Assembly (NCBI RefSeq): GCF_036365525.1
Contig: NC_090415.1
Coordinates: forward strand, 12,648,001-12,712,000
Source of the DNA: Heterodontus francisci
Taxonomy: Eukaryota
Reading direction: 5' to 3'
Length of the DNA: 64,000 nucleotides
Position 1 is the stretch's first letter. Each line of letters starts with the position of its first letter. Below are positions 38,215 to 51,590 of the stretch, one piece after another. The notes under the pieces were generated by a model. That model made no database searches. It was not told the DNA's origin and worked only from the letters and a program-made list of their open reading frames with translations. Both the position numbers and the translations under genes were made by a program.

Positions 38215-38980
38215 ACTGCAGTGCAATTATCTGATTTATTCTGTAACTTCATGATTGTGGTAATTGATTGTGGGTTTGACCCTACATCTACCAGTCTCTG
38301 TAATGTGAATGTGGCTATTACTCTGTATTTATCTGTGTACAATTTGTGAGTGTGTGTTTTGCTCTCTGTGTCTGTTTCTGACATGTAAATGTGGATTTTG
38401 CTATGTACCTCAGTTACTTTATGTGTATGTGCTTTATTCTGTTTCTGTCCATCTGTGGTGAGCTTCACATTTTCCCTGTACCTATCAGCATTACACTTCT
38501 TGGGCCATTATTCTGCACTTGTTGGTTTATGGTACTGCTTGAATTACTCTTTACCTCTCATTCCCTGATATCCTACTATAGATTTTCCTCTGTACTTGTA
38601 AGATTCTGCTGCGTGATAATGTCGTTTCTCAGTCTGTCTGTGTCTGGTATGCTGTTGTAAGATTTACTGTGTGCCCATCAGGTTCTGGTATTTAAGTATG
38701 AAGTTAACATTGTAACATTCAATTTGATCTGTGTGAATCTGCTTCTACCTTGAACTGACAATTTCTATTCTGTAAGTGTACATTTACAAGTGTACTTGTT
38801 AATTTCTGCTAAATAACTGTTTGTTTTACTCTGTGCATGCCAGTTGCTGCAATGGGAAGATGGGAAAGGTTTTTAATTCTGAAAATGGCAATTACCGATA
38901 AGTAAATGTGGGTTTAACTTGGTAACTCTCATTCTCTGGCATTTGAGTTTGTGTCTTTTTCTTCCGGTTAGCTGTTACGC
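38215..38980. repeat. Degenerate ~40-bp tandem array
   Basis: Same TCTGTAC..TCAG motif family. Confidence 0.65.
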
Positions 38981-38984
38981 TCAC

Positions 38985-41880
38985 TTCTCTGAAGTAAACC
39001 TCCTTTGAACCTCCTCCAACACATTTACTTCCTTCCTTAAAGAAGGAGACCAAAACTGCACACAGTATTCTAGATGTGGTCTCACCAATGACCTGTATAA
39101 TTGAAGTATAACAGGCTTATTGTCATTTTCAATTCCTCTCATAATAATGGATAGCATTCCATTTGCCTTCTTTCTGTCTTGCTGTAACTGCACACTAACT
39201 TTTTTGACTCATGCACTAGAACACCTAGATCTCTCTGCACCCCAGAATTCTGCAGTCACGCTACACTGATGTATCTTTTGATCTTCCTGACAAAGTGAAC
39301 AACTTCACATTTTTTTCACATTGTACATCATCTGCCAGATTTTTGCCCTGTCACTCAACCTATCTAGATCAATCTGCAACCTCCTTATGTCCTCTTCACA
39401 ACATACTTTCCTACCTATCTTTGTTTCATCTGCAAATTTAGCTGCCATGCCATCGCTCCCCTCATCTAAATCATTGATATAAATTGTAAAAAGTGGAGAT
39501 CCCAGCACTCGTCACATCCTGCCAATCAGAAAAGGACCCATTTATGCATTCTCTGTTTTCTGCCAGCCAATCTTCTATCCATGCCAATATGTTACCCACT
39601 ACGCCATGAGCTCATACATTGCACAATAACCTTTTATGTGGCACCTTGTCAAATACCTTCTGGAAATCCAAGTACTTTATGTCAAAGGGTACCCCTTTAT
39701 CCACAGTGCATGTTAGTCCTTCAAAGAACTTCAATAAATCAGTTAAACATGATTTCCTCTTCACAAAACCATGCTGAATATTCTGGATGACCTTGTGTTT
39801 TTCAAAATGCCCAGCTATAGCCTCCTCATTGAGCAATTCTACCGCCTTCCTGATCACAAGGGTTAAGCTTTCGGGGTCTATAGTTACCCTGATGAAGGGT
39901 CACTGACCTGAAATGTTAACTCTGCATCTCTCTCCACAGATGCTGCCAGACCTGCTGAGTATTTCCCACATTTATTGTTTTTATTTCAAATTTCCAGCAT
40001 CTGCAGTATTTTGCTTTAAGATTACTATCGTTACCCTTTCTCTGCCTCCCTACCTTCTCGAATAGAGGGGTTATATTTTCTACAGTCCAGTCTGAAGCAA
40101 CCTTTCCAGAATCTTGCGAATTTTGAAAAATTAACACCCACAAATCTATTACTTCAGTAGCCACCATTTTAAGACACTAGGATGAACACCAACAGGACCC
40201 AGGGACTTGTCAGCCCACAGCTCCATCAGTTTACTCAGTACTGCTTCCCTGGTGATTGTAATTTCAACAAGTTCCTCTCTTCCATCCACCTCTTGATTTA
40301 CAGCTATTACGGGAATGATTTTTGTCTCCGCTATTGTTAAGACAGAAGGAATTTTTTTATTCATTTCTTCTGCCATTTTCTTATTACCAAACGTTAACTC
40401 CCAATTTTCATTCCATAGAGGACCAACACTCAATTTACTTAAACTTTTCCTTTTCAAATACCTGCAGAAACCCTTGCTATCCATTATTACATTTCTAGCT
40501 AGCTTACTCCCATGCTCTAATTTCTTTTCTCCTGATTAACCTTTGGTCAGAATATATAGAATGACACAGAATGACTCAATCATCTGACCTGCCATTCATC
40601 TTTGCACAATTCTCTGCCTTTTCATTCAGGTTGATGCCTTCCTTAACTTCTTTAATCAACCATGGATGGGGGATCCTCCCCTTGGAATTATTCTTTATAG
40701 TAGGGATATACTTATTTTAAGTATTCTGAAATATCCACTTAAATGTCTGCCACTGCTTCTCAATTGATCTATCTCCTGGCCCAGTAACCCAGTTCACTTC
40801 AGCTAGCTCAGCTTTTATGCCCACATAGTTGCCCTTATTTAAGTTTACAATACTAGTCTTTGACACACTCCTCTCACTTTTAAACTGGATGCAAACTTCA
40901 GTCACATTGTGATCATTGCTACCAAGAGGTGCCTTTATCTGAGGTCATTAATTAATCCTGTCAAATTGGACAATACCCAGTCGAAAATAACCTGCTCGGC
41001 GGATGGTTCTAGAAGATGCTGCTCGAAGAAACGATCTCGAAAGCATTCTATGAACTCCTCATACAGGCTTCGATTACCAATCTGATTTTTTCCAGTTTAT
41101 ATGTTGATTAAAATCACCCATGATTATTTCCATCCCTTTATCACAAGCACCCATTAGTTATTCTTGAAGACTTCATCCTACATTGTGATTACTGTCTGGG
41201 GGCCTGTCGACGACTCCCACGAGTGCCTTTTCCTCCGACTATTCCTCATCTCCAGCCAAACCGATTCTACATCCTGATCTCCTGAACCAAGGTCAGGTCT
41301 AACTATTGCAACAATACGATCCTTGATTAACAGTGCCACCCCTCCACCTTTACCTTGCTTCCTATTCTTCTTGAATGTTATATATCCATCAATATTGAGG
41401 ACCCAATCCTTGTCATCCTGCAACCATGTCTCCATAATGGCTATGAGATCATATTTATTTACTTCAACATGTGCTATCAGTTCCTCTACTTTGTTATGAA
41501 CGCTACGTGCATTCAGATAAAGAGCCTTTGGTTTAACCTTTTTGTTATCTTTGTCACATCTAGTGTTGACTGTCAGTCTGCTCTTCGTTTTTTTTTCCTC
41601 TTTGCCCCTTCCTGCCATTCACTGGCCTTCATTTCCCCTGTTAGTATTGTGTTCTCCTGCACTGACTCTAACCCTTGATTTGTTACATCTACTAAAGCTT
41701 GATCCCTCTACCCTTTTGTTTAGATCAAGTACCTCTCTACATCCAGAGTTATATGGTTTTCTCGAACACTGGTCCCAGCTCAGTTCAGGTATAGACTGTC
41801 CGAACGATACAGCCTCCACTTTCCCTAGTACTGGTGCCAGTGCCCAATGAACTGAACCTGACTTCTCCCACACCAGTCTT
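38985..41880 (-). mobile_element. Degraded CR1 LINE ORF2
   Basis: LYLNARSVHNK, AIMETWL, YLDFQKVFDKVPH, KFADETK. Confidence 0.88.
39878..40037 (+). mobile_element. ~135-bp Penelope-type insertion with hammerhead core, nested in CR1
   Basis: CTGATGA-AGGGTCACTGACCT-GAAA-TGTT from 39889; flanking near-direct repeat CTAT(A/C)GTTACCCT at 39878-39890 and 40025-40037. Confidence 0.72.
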
Positions 41881-41889
41881 GGCGGGTGT

Positions 41890-43720
41890 AAGTTTCACTG
41901 TATATCTCTCAATCCCTAGTCCACAATTTACCTCTGTCAGTTTTGGATTTTGAGTGAGGCTTTATCTGTACCTGTCAGTTTGTTTTATGTGAGAAAAGTC
42001 TTATTATGCACCTTTCAGCTTCTTGTGTGTAAAAGTATCTGGGTTGTACTTTGTCCCCATCAGTACATGGTATGTGAGTGTGGATTTGACACTTAATATT
42101 ACATTCTTGGGTGTATGAGTGAGTGTTCACAGTTTGTCTTTGATTGTCTAGTATGCCAATTTAAGGTTTGACTTGTGCCCTTAAATGTCTCATGTGTAGC
42201 TGAGGCTTTTAACCTCTCTCTGTCACTGTCTGGTATAAGAGTAAGAGTTTCAGTCTGGTTTTTGAGTGTGGATTTTACACCACATCTCTACTTGCTCTCC
42301 GATGTGATATTTAATCTGTACATGCCAGTTTCTGACATGTAGCTGTGTGGTTTACTTTGTACATTGTCATTCTCTGATATGTGACTGCCAATTTTATTCT
42401 GAACCTGTCTGTTTTTTATTTCTGTTTGTGTGAGTTTTAACCTGTATCTGTCAGTATCTGGTATATGAATCTTCTTAATTATGTGCATGTTGATCTGTAT
42501 CTGTGAGGGTCCGAAGTGCAATTGTTAGGTTTTCTTTGTACCTGTCAGTGTCTCTTATGGATGAGAGACTTTCACTCTCTAACTGTTAATTTCTTGCAAT
42601 TCATTATGGATTTCACACTGTCTCTGTCAGTCTCTGGTAGTTAAATGTGGGATTTTTACTGTATCTCCTAATTTCTGATATGTGAATGTTGATTTTAATG
42701 TGTACCTCTTGGTTTCTCCTATGGGAGTCTTTTTACAATCTGTTTCTGCCAGTTTCTCATATGTGAGGGTGGCATTTATTCTGTACCTGTTACTTTCCGA
42801 AATGTGGGAAGAATTTACTCTTTCCCTGTCAGTTGCTGATATGTGAATGTGGGTTTATTCTGGACCTTTCAATCTTTGGAATTTGAGTCCATGCTTTACC
42901 CTCTATCTGTTTGCTTCTGTTGTTAAGTGAATGAGGGATTAAATCTGTTCCAGTGCATTGATTGTATATGAATGTAGTTTTCAGTCTGTACCTGTCAGTT
43001 TATGAAAAATGAAGGTGGTTTTATTTATCTTTCTGCCAGATTTTGTTATGTGACTGTTGATTTATTCTGTACCTGTTATTTTCTGGGATATGATTGTGGT
43101 TTTTGATCTGTACCTGTCAGTTTCTATTACTTGAGTGAGTTTTACTTTGCACCAGTTGTCTTCTGTTATGTGAGTGTCAGTTCGAAGCTGCACCGGTAAA
43201 GTTAAGGTAATATAATGTGGGTTTATTCTGTATCTTGCAAACTCTAGTGTGTGACATGGGGCCTTTCTCTGAATCTGTCGATTTCTGCTCTGTAACTGTA
43301 CGTTTTAAACTGCAACATACAGTTCCTGATAGGTGTTTGAGCACATTTTCTTTTTTCTGCAGCTATCTATGTCTACTACAATGTCTATGTGTGTTATTCC
43401 TAGATTTCAATTTCTGTTATTGAAGAATTGATTTTCCTTTGTACTTCTCAGTCTCTGCAATGTGTCCATGTCTGTTACTGGTAACTGTTTGTCTCTGTTA
43501 GGTGACTCTGGTGTTATTTTCTATCTGACAGTCTCTTGCCTGTGAGTGGTTTCATTTTCTTCTCTGTATCTGTCAGTTTCCTTTCTGTGGCTGAATGTTT
43601 TAATCTTGACTTAAACTTTTTAATAATTTGTAAATGTGAATTTCACTTTGTGCCTGTCTGTTTACATTATATGAATGTGTTTATTTTTATTTTGTCAACA
43701 TCAGTTTCAGGCATGTGAGG
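41890..43720. repeat. Degenerate 40-41-bp tandem array, paralog of 23000-24485
   Basis: Colinear with 23000-24485. Confidence 0.8.
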
Positions 43721-44389
43721 GTGAGATTCACTGTCTCCAGGATGCACCCTTTTGTGAGATTGACAGAGTGCCTTTTAATCTGATAGTGGGTTCTGCTTTT
43801 GAACTTTTACCTAACTTTCAGCAGTATTGATTTGGAATGGATTGGATACAATGTCTGTCTCTTCTGATTTGTTTGATTGCTGAATTGGAAATGTGTCTCT
43901 AAACTTAGGATCAGTGAGAGTTTGACTACATCTGCTTCTTGTGACTATGACATGAACTGAAGGCCTATGGGAGTGGTACTGTACCTTGTCTGTGATGGAA
44001 GGAGCCGACTGCACTTGCCCTTGTGCCTGGGAATCATCACATTCATTCTGCTCCCTTGAACTATTTGCCGACAGAAAGGAAGAAAACTATGTCTTGTAAG
44101 TCACGATCAGTTGAGTTGGAAGCTAGAAAAGAGATTAATGTAACATTTCAATTAATAATATTTATGACTAATCACAAAGGCATACCAAAAATACAAAGAA
44201 TATTACTGTCTGATTCCACTGCAGCTCTCAGCATCTGCTGACGAGGTGTCTTGGCAGTTTCACAGCAATTTTGGGACATCCAGAAACAAGCCAACATCTA
44301 CACTGCTCCAAGGTTGGGACGACCTGATGGAGCAGGGATATTTGTGCAGGTCAGGTTTCTATTTCCATCTGGCATTATAATGTAATCAC

Positions 44390-45020
44390 CTAAGAACTAG
44401 GAGCAGGAGTCAGCCATTCAGCCTCTCCAGCCTGATCCACCATTCAATAAAATCATGTCTGATTTGATCTTGGCTTCAGCTCCATTATCCTTGCCTGGCT
44501 AAAAACCCATTACTCCCTTGTAGATAAAAAAACTCATCCTGGAATATATTTAATCATCAGTATCCACTGCTCTCTTAGGTATAGAATTCCTTAGATTAAC
44601 GACGCTTTGAGAGATGAAATTCTTCCTTACCTCCGTCTAAAATGGGAGACCCCTTATTCTGAAACTGTGCGGCGTGGTTCTTGATTCCCTCAAGAGGGGA
44701 GATATCTTTGCAGCATCTACTCTGTCAAGACCCCTCAGAATCTTACATTTTTTCGATAAGATTAGATCTGATTATTACAAACTCCAATGAGTGTAACACA
44801 ACCTGCTCAGCCTTTTCCTCACAACGCAACCTGTTCATCGCAGGAAGCAACCGAACGAACCTTGCCTGAACTGCATCCAATGCACGTATATATCCCTCAT
44901 GAGCGAAGGAGACCACAACTGTATCCAATACTCCAGGTGAGGTCTCAACAACACCCTGCAGAGTTGGAGAAAGACTTTCCTACATTTATATTCCATCCCC
45001 CTTGCAATAAATGCCAACAG
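44390..45020 (-). mobile_element. CR1 3' fragment
   Basis: LLRPHLEYWIQLWSP relic and 3' tail. Confidence 0.8.
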
Positions 45021-45210
45021 TCAGGCTCTGTTTTCACTATTCACTTTTCAATAACAACAAACAGCGTGAAATAGGAGCTAAACCAGGGACAAGTATTACA
45101 GGATGAGGAGAGAAAACAGCCATGAATTTCAACAGCAGCTTCTTCACCTTTTGTCTCACTTACGCAGTGCACACGCAGCCCGAGAAATGCCTCTGCCTTC
45201 CGCCGCTCAC

Positions 45211-45370
45211 TCCATGTTACAGAACCACTTCCTGCCTCACTCTGTCTCTTGCAAACAAATGACGTTCAGCAGCCGAGCTGGCGCAAGGAAGCGCATGCGC
45301 TCCAAAGGTAAGCAATAATTAGCGGTGTGGGCGGGGCCATACCGCGCATGCGCTTCTTTAGGCAACGTTG
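45211..45370 (-). promoter_or_regulatory. CpG promoter with putative first exon (minus strand)
   Basis: Two perfect NRF1 palindromes GCGCATGCGC (45291, 45344), GC box 45329, ETS CAGGAAGTG 45226-45234, then AACATGGA|GTGAGC donor at 45211. Confidence 0.6.
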
Positions 45371-45879
45371 TGAAATTCAATAAAATCAATTGGAACTTTA
45401 TCCAGTTGAGTTTTTTCACATTTTGAGCAATGGAACAGGGGCTGCGGGTAAGGTAGAGAAGGTTCCCATCTGGGAGATTACCCCTTTATAAAGTTCAATT
45501 TGAGATTATTCTCTGCAGTATGTTTGCCCAGTTTCTCAAAGCAATCCTTCAAGGGAGTCGGTGTGTTTGCTGGGATCGCGCAGGATTTAATATCTGACAA
45601 TAACAGTCCTAGATTCATGTAATCACATTGAAAATGTCTGTCACTGAGTGTCAGAGCGAACGGTTCGAGCTGAAACATTGCAGAGACCTCAACAGGGCAG
45701 AAAAAAAGTTACATTTGGGACATTGTGTGACTCACTTTCGGACACGTCCTCAGATTGTGAGATTAATAATGTGGCTGCTTGTGGCACCATATAAGTGAGA
45801 GATAAGTTTGTATCGTCGGTCTCCCCGGGTGGATCTTTCGAGATAAAACGAATCTGACATTTCAGCCCACAACTCAATA

Positions 45880-46612
45880 ATTACAGGTCAGTCAGTCTAA
45901 CCTCAGTAGTGAGCAAAATATTGGAATCATTCTGAGAGACAGGATAAACTGTCACTTAGAAAGGCATCGATTAGTCAAGCAGAGTCAGCGTGGATTTGTG
46001 AAGGGAAGATCTCGTCTGACCAACTTGATCCAATTTATTGAAGAAGTAACAAGGAAGTTGTATGAGGGCACTGCAGTTGATATGGTCTACATGGAGTTTA
46101 ACAAGGATTTTGACAAGTTCCCACATGGCAGACTGTTTCAAAAAATAAAATCCCGGGGGATCCAGGAAAATACAGTAAGCTGGATGTAAATTAGGTTCAG
46201 TGGCAGGCAATAAAGGGTAATTATTAACGGGTGGTTTTGCGATTGGAGAGCTGTTTTCATTGGCGTTCCGCCCAGTACTGGGTCACCTGCTCATTGTGGT
46301 AGATATTAATGATTTGGACGTAAATGTAGGGGAAATGATCAAGAAGTTTACAGACGACACAAAAATTGGTCGTGTGATAGAAAGCGAGGAGGATTGCTGT
46401 AGGCTGCAAGAAGATATTGATGCTCTGGACATATGGGCAAAAAAATGACAAATGGAATAAAATTCGGATAAGTGTGAGGGAGGTCAAACAAGGCAAAGGA
46501 ATACATGATTAATGGGAATATACTGAGTTGTGTAGAGAATGTGAGGGACCTTGGAGTAAATGTCCACTGACCCAGAAGGTAGCAGGACAGGTCGACAAGG
46601 TGGTTAAGAAGT
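45880..46612 (+). mobile_element. CR1 RT fragment, degraded
   Basis: KGRSRLTNL, YMEFNKDFDKFPH, KFTDDTK. Confidence 0.8.
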
Positions 46613-47746
46613 GATGTAATTGCTTTCACATGCGTTCAAGTCCTCGGAAGAAGGAATTTTCCTCCACACAAGATCAGGGGGCAGGTTGTTCAACCTTGCC
46701 CATCTAAGAGCAAAGTCCAAAGTACGGAAAGTCCTCATCAGGGAACTCCTCTTTGCTGACAATGCTGCTTTAACATCTCATACTGAAAAGTGCCTGCAGA
46801 GTCTCATCAACAGGTTTGCAGCTGCCTGCAATGAATTTGGCCTAACCATCAGCCTCAAGAAAACGAACATCATGGGGCAGGATGTCGGAAATGCTCCATC
46901 CATCAATATTGGCGACCACGCTCTGGAAGTGGTTCAAGAGTTCACCTACCTAGTCTCAACTATCACCAGTAACCTGTCTCTAGATGCAGAAATCAACAAG
47001 CGCATGGGAAAGGCTTCCACTGCTATGTCCAGACTGGCCAAGAGAGTGTGGGAAAATGGCGCACTGACACGGAACACAAAAGTCCGAGTGTATTAGGCCT
47101 GTGTCCTCAGCACCTTGCTCTATGGCAGCGAGGCCTGGACAACGTATGTCAGCCAAGAGTGACTTCTCAATTCATTCCATCTTCGCTGCCTCCGGAGAAT
47201 ACTTGGCATCAGGTGGCAGGACCGTATCTCTAACACAGAAGTCCTCGAGGCGGCCAACATCCCCAGCTTATACACACTACTGAGTCAGCGGCGCTTGAGA
47301 TGACTTGGCCATGTGAGCCGCATGGAAGATGGCAGGATCCCCAAAGACACATTGTACAGCGAGCTCGCCACTGGTATGAGACCCATCGGCCGTCCATGTC
47401 TCCGCTTTAAAGACGTCTGCAAATGCGACATGAAGTCCTGTGACATTGATCACAAGTCGTGGGAGTCAGTTGCCAGCGTTCGCCAGAGCTGGCGGACAGC
47501 CATAAAGGCGGGGCTATAGTGTGGCGAGTTGAAGAGACTTAGCAGTTGGCAGGAAAAAAGACAGAGACGCAAGGGAAGAGCCAACTGTGTAACGGCCCCG
47601 ACAATCAATTTTTTTCTGCAGCACCTGTGGAAGAGCCTGTCACTGTAGAATTGGCCTTTATAGCCACTCCAGGCGCTGCTCCACACACAACTGGCCACCT
47701 CCTGGCACTTACCCATTGGCTGTCGAGATAAGGAGGCCAAAGAAGA
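46613..47746 (+). mobile_element. RTE-clade LINE 3' portion
   Basis: RELLFADNAAL, FGLTISLKKT, FTYL.STI, RIPKD.LYSEL, GRPCLRFKD; C-terminal Cys/His motif; GAAGAA tail. Confidence 0.88.
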
Positions 47747-47749
47747 ATT

Positions 47750-48605
47750 GCATTATAGAGGGTACAGAGGAGATTTACAAGGATGTTGCCGGGACTGGAA
47801 AAAATGCAGCTCTGAGGAAAGATTGGGTGGGCTGGGACTGTTCCCCTTGGAACAGAGAATGGTGGATCTGATTGAAATGTATAACATTTTGAGAGGCCTG
47901 GATAGAGTGGATGTCAAGGGCCTATTTACCTTCGTAGAGAGGTCAGTGACTAGGGAACACAGACTTATAGTGTTTGGTAGAAAGATTAGAGGGGAGATAA
48001 GGGAAAGTTTTCCTCCCCTAGCAATGCAAAACTGGGCATCCATGAGGCTCTGTGGGCCATTCGGATTAATGTGCACAGTAGTGGTCTCCTTATTTAAGGA
48101 AGGGTGTAAATGCGTTGGAGGCAGTACAGAGAAGGTTTACTAGGCTAATGCCTAGAATGGACGGGCTGTCTTAAGAGGAAATATTGGACAAGCAAAGCTT
48201 GTATTCACTGGAACTTAGAGTAAGATGTGACTTGATTGAAACATATAATATCCTGAGGGGTCTTGACAGGGTGGATGTGGAAAGGATGTTTCCCCTTGTG
48301 GGAGAATCTATAACAAGGGGTCACTGTTTAGAAATAAGGGGTCGCACATTTAAGACAGAGATGAGGAGATTTTTTTCTCATCGGGTCGTGAGACTTGGGA
48401 ATTCTCTTCCTCAGAAGGCGAAGGAAGCAGAGACTTTGAATATTTTTCAGGTCCAGGTACATAGATTCTTGACAAGAAAGGGAGTGTAGAAAACCGGGTC
48501 GTGCTGGAAATGTGGAGTAATCAGTTCAGAAATAAACTTATTGAATGGCAGAGCAGGCTCGAAGGGCCGAGTGGCCTACTCCTGCTCCTAATTCGTATGT
48601 TCGTA
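47750..48605 (+). mobile_element. Two CR1 3' fragments
   Basis: DLIE.YNILRGLDRVD relics and 3' tail. Confidence 0.8.
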
Positions 48606-48609
48606 TAAG

Positions 48610-50715
48610 ATGAGCGAGGTACCAACTGCAGCAGAATTGTACTCAACCCCTATCTTTAAGCTCATGGCCTGGCATATCCCTCACTCTACAATTAACATCA
48701 AACCAAGAGACCAAACGTGATTCAATGAAGAGTGCAGCAGGGCATGCCAGGAGCAGCACCAGGCATACCTCAAAACGAGGTCTCAACCTGGTGAAGCTAC
48801 AACACAGGATTACTTGCATGTCAAACTGCGTATGCAGCATCCGATAGACAGAGCCAAGAGATTTCATAACCAATGGATCAGATCTATGTGCTGCAGTCCT
48901 GTCACATCCAGCCGTGAATGGTGGTAGACAACTAAACAACTAACTGGAGGAGGTGGCTCCACAAATATCCCCATCTTCAATGATGAGGGAGCCCAGCACA
49001 TCAGTGCAAAAGATAAGGTTGAAGCTTTTACAATAATCTTCACTAGAAGTGCCGAGTTGATGATTCATCTCAGACTATTCCTGAAGGCCCCAGCATCACA
49101 GATGCCAGACTTCAGCCAATTCGAATCACTCCGTGTGACATCAAGTAATGACTAAAGGTGCTGTATACTGCCAAGGCTCTGGGTTCTGACAATGTTCTCC
49201 AATAGGACTGAAGACCTGTGCTCCAGAACTTGCTGCGCCCATAGCCAATCTGTTCCAGTACAGCTACAACACTGACATGTACCTAGCAATGTGGAATATT
49301 CCCCAGGTATGTCTTGGACACCAAAAGCAGGACAAGTCCAAGCTGGCAAATTAGACCCCATCAGTCTACTCACAATCATCAATAAAGTGATGGAAGGTGT
49401 CATCAACAGTGCCATCAAACGGCAGTTGCTCAGTAATAACCTGGTCAGTGACGCTCAGTTTGTGTTCCACCAGTGCCACTCAGCTCCTGACCACATTACA
49501 GCCTTGGTTCAAATATGGGCAAAAGAGCTAAACTCAAGAGTGAGAAGAAAGTGACTGCCCTTGACATCAAGGCAGCATTTGACCAGGTATGGCATCAGGA
49601 AACCCGAGCAAAACTGAGGTCAATGGGAATCAGTGGGAAAACTCTCTGCTGGTTGGAATCATACCTAGTGCAAAGGAAGATGGTTGTGGTTGTTCGAAGT
49701 CAATCATCTGAACTCCAGGACATCACTGCAGGAGTTCGTCAGTGTAGTGTCCGAGGCCTAATCATCTTCAGCTGCTTCATCAATGACTTTCCTTCAATCA
49801 TAAGGTCAGAAGTGGGATGTTCACTGATGATTGCACAAGGTTCAGCACCATTCGTGACTCGTCAGCTCCTGACGCAGTCTGTGTAGAAATGCAGCAAGAC
49901 TTGGACAATATCCAGGCTTGTGCTGATAAGTGGCAAGTAACATTCACGCCACACAAGTGCCAGGCAACTTCCATCTCCAACAAGAGGGAATCTAACCATC
50001 TCCCCTTAACATTCAATGGCAATTAGCATCGCTGAATCCCCCACTATCAATATCCTAGGGTCTACCATTGACCAGAAACTGAACTGGAGTAGCCATATAA
50101 ATACCGTGGCTACAAGAGCAGATCAGAGGATAGGAATCCTGCGACGAACAAATAACCAGCTGACTCCCCAAAGCTTGTCCACCATTTACAAGGCGGGAGT
50201 CAGGAGTGTGATGGAATACTCTCCACTTGCCTGGATGCGTTCAGATCCAACAACACTCAAGAAGCTCGACACCATCCTGGACAAAGCAGCCCACTTGATT
50301 GCCACCCCATGCACAAACATTCACTCCCTCCACCACCGACACACAGTAGCAGCAATGCGTACCATCCACATGATGCACTGCAGCAACACACCAAGGCTTT
50401 TTAGACAGCACCTTGCAAACCCGTGAACACTACCAACTAGAAGCACAAGGGTAGTAGATGCATGGGACCACCATCACCTGCCAGTTCCCCTCCAAATCAC
50501 ACATTATCCTGACTTCGAACTATATTGCCATTCCTTCACTGTCGCTATGTCAAAATCCTGGAACTCCCTTCCTAACAACACTATGATTGTACCTACCTCA
50601 CATGGAGTGTGGCAGTTCAAGAAGCCATCTCACTACAACCTCCTCAAGGGCAGTTATGGATGGGCAATAAATGCTGGCCAAGCCAGCAACACCCACATCA
50701 TATGAATGAATAAAT
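48610..50715 (+). mobile_element. Second-family non-LTR retrotransposon (CR1/L2-group) ORF2 3' half, degraded
   Basis: ALDIKAAFDQVWH, MFTDD, ADKWQVTF, RSVMEYSPLAW; tail GGGCAATAAATGCTGGCC...TGAATGAATAAA; related tail at ~30700-30940. Confidence 0.8.
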
Positions 50716-51040
50716 CAAACAGGGTGGTGGTGGTCTGGAACTCACTGCCTGAAAGGGTAGTTGAAGTATAAACCTTCAAATCATTCAAATGAAGTCTGGA
50801 TATGCATCTCAAGTGCCGTAATCTGCCGGGTTACGGACCAAATGCTGGCAGGTGGGATTAGAATAGGTGGACATTTTTTCGGCTGGCACAGATACGATGG
50901 GTCAAGTGGTTCCTTTCTGTGCCATAAACGTTCAATGTTTCTATGATTCTGAGTGAATGTATATCTCTCCTTCTCACCATCACCCAAGCCTCTCGCCCAC
51001 TCCAGATCTTTCTCTCTCTGCCTTTTTTTCGCTATTGATA

Positions 51041-51590
51041 CTGTCTCTCTCTCTCTGCCTTTGGTGCTGTATCTATGTTGGCGATACAGTTACTGAGTGT
51101 TATGTGTATGCATTCTATTGTAGTACTGATAGTCTCTCTCTCTCTCTCTCTCTCTGATGATACAGGTGAAGGTGAAATACTGTTGTTTAGTGTGATATGG
51201 ACACACAGTTGGAAATTATAAAAATAAAAGCAAAATACTGCGGATGCTGGAAATCTGAAATAAAAACAAGAAATGCTGAAAATACTCAGCATGTCTGGTA
51301 GCATCTGTGGAGGGAGAAGCAGAGTTAACGTTTCGTGTCAGTGACCTTTCTTCGAACCCCTTCACCCCTATGTCACCTTCACCTGTATCATCAGAGAGAG
51401 ACACACAGACAGACAGACATCGAGCGAGTGAGAGACTATCAGTACTACAATAGAATGCATACATAAAACACTCACTAACTGTGTCGCGAACATAGATACA
51501 GCACCAAAGGCAGAGGGAGAGACACAATTCCGAAGAGTCACTGACCCGAAACGTTAACTCTGCTTCTCTCTCCACAGATGCTGCCAGACC
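51041..51590. repeat. Nested inverted duplication associated with two opposite-facing Penelope-type hammerhead pieces
   Basis: ~51041-51178 is the reverse complement of ~51370-51523; ~51290-51355 is the reverse complement of ~51526-51590. Confidence 0.85.
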
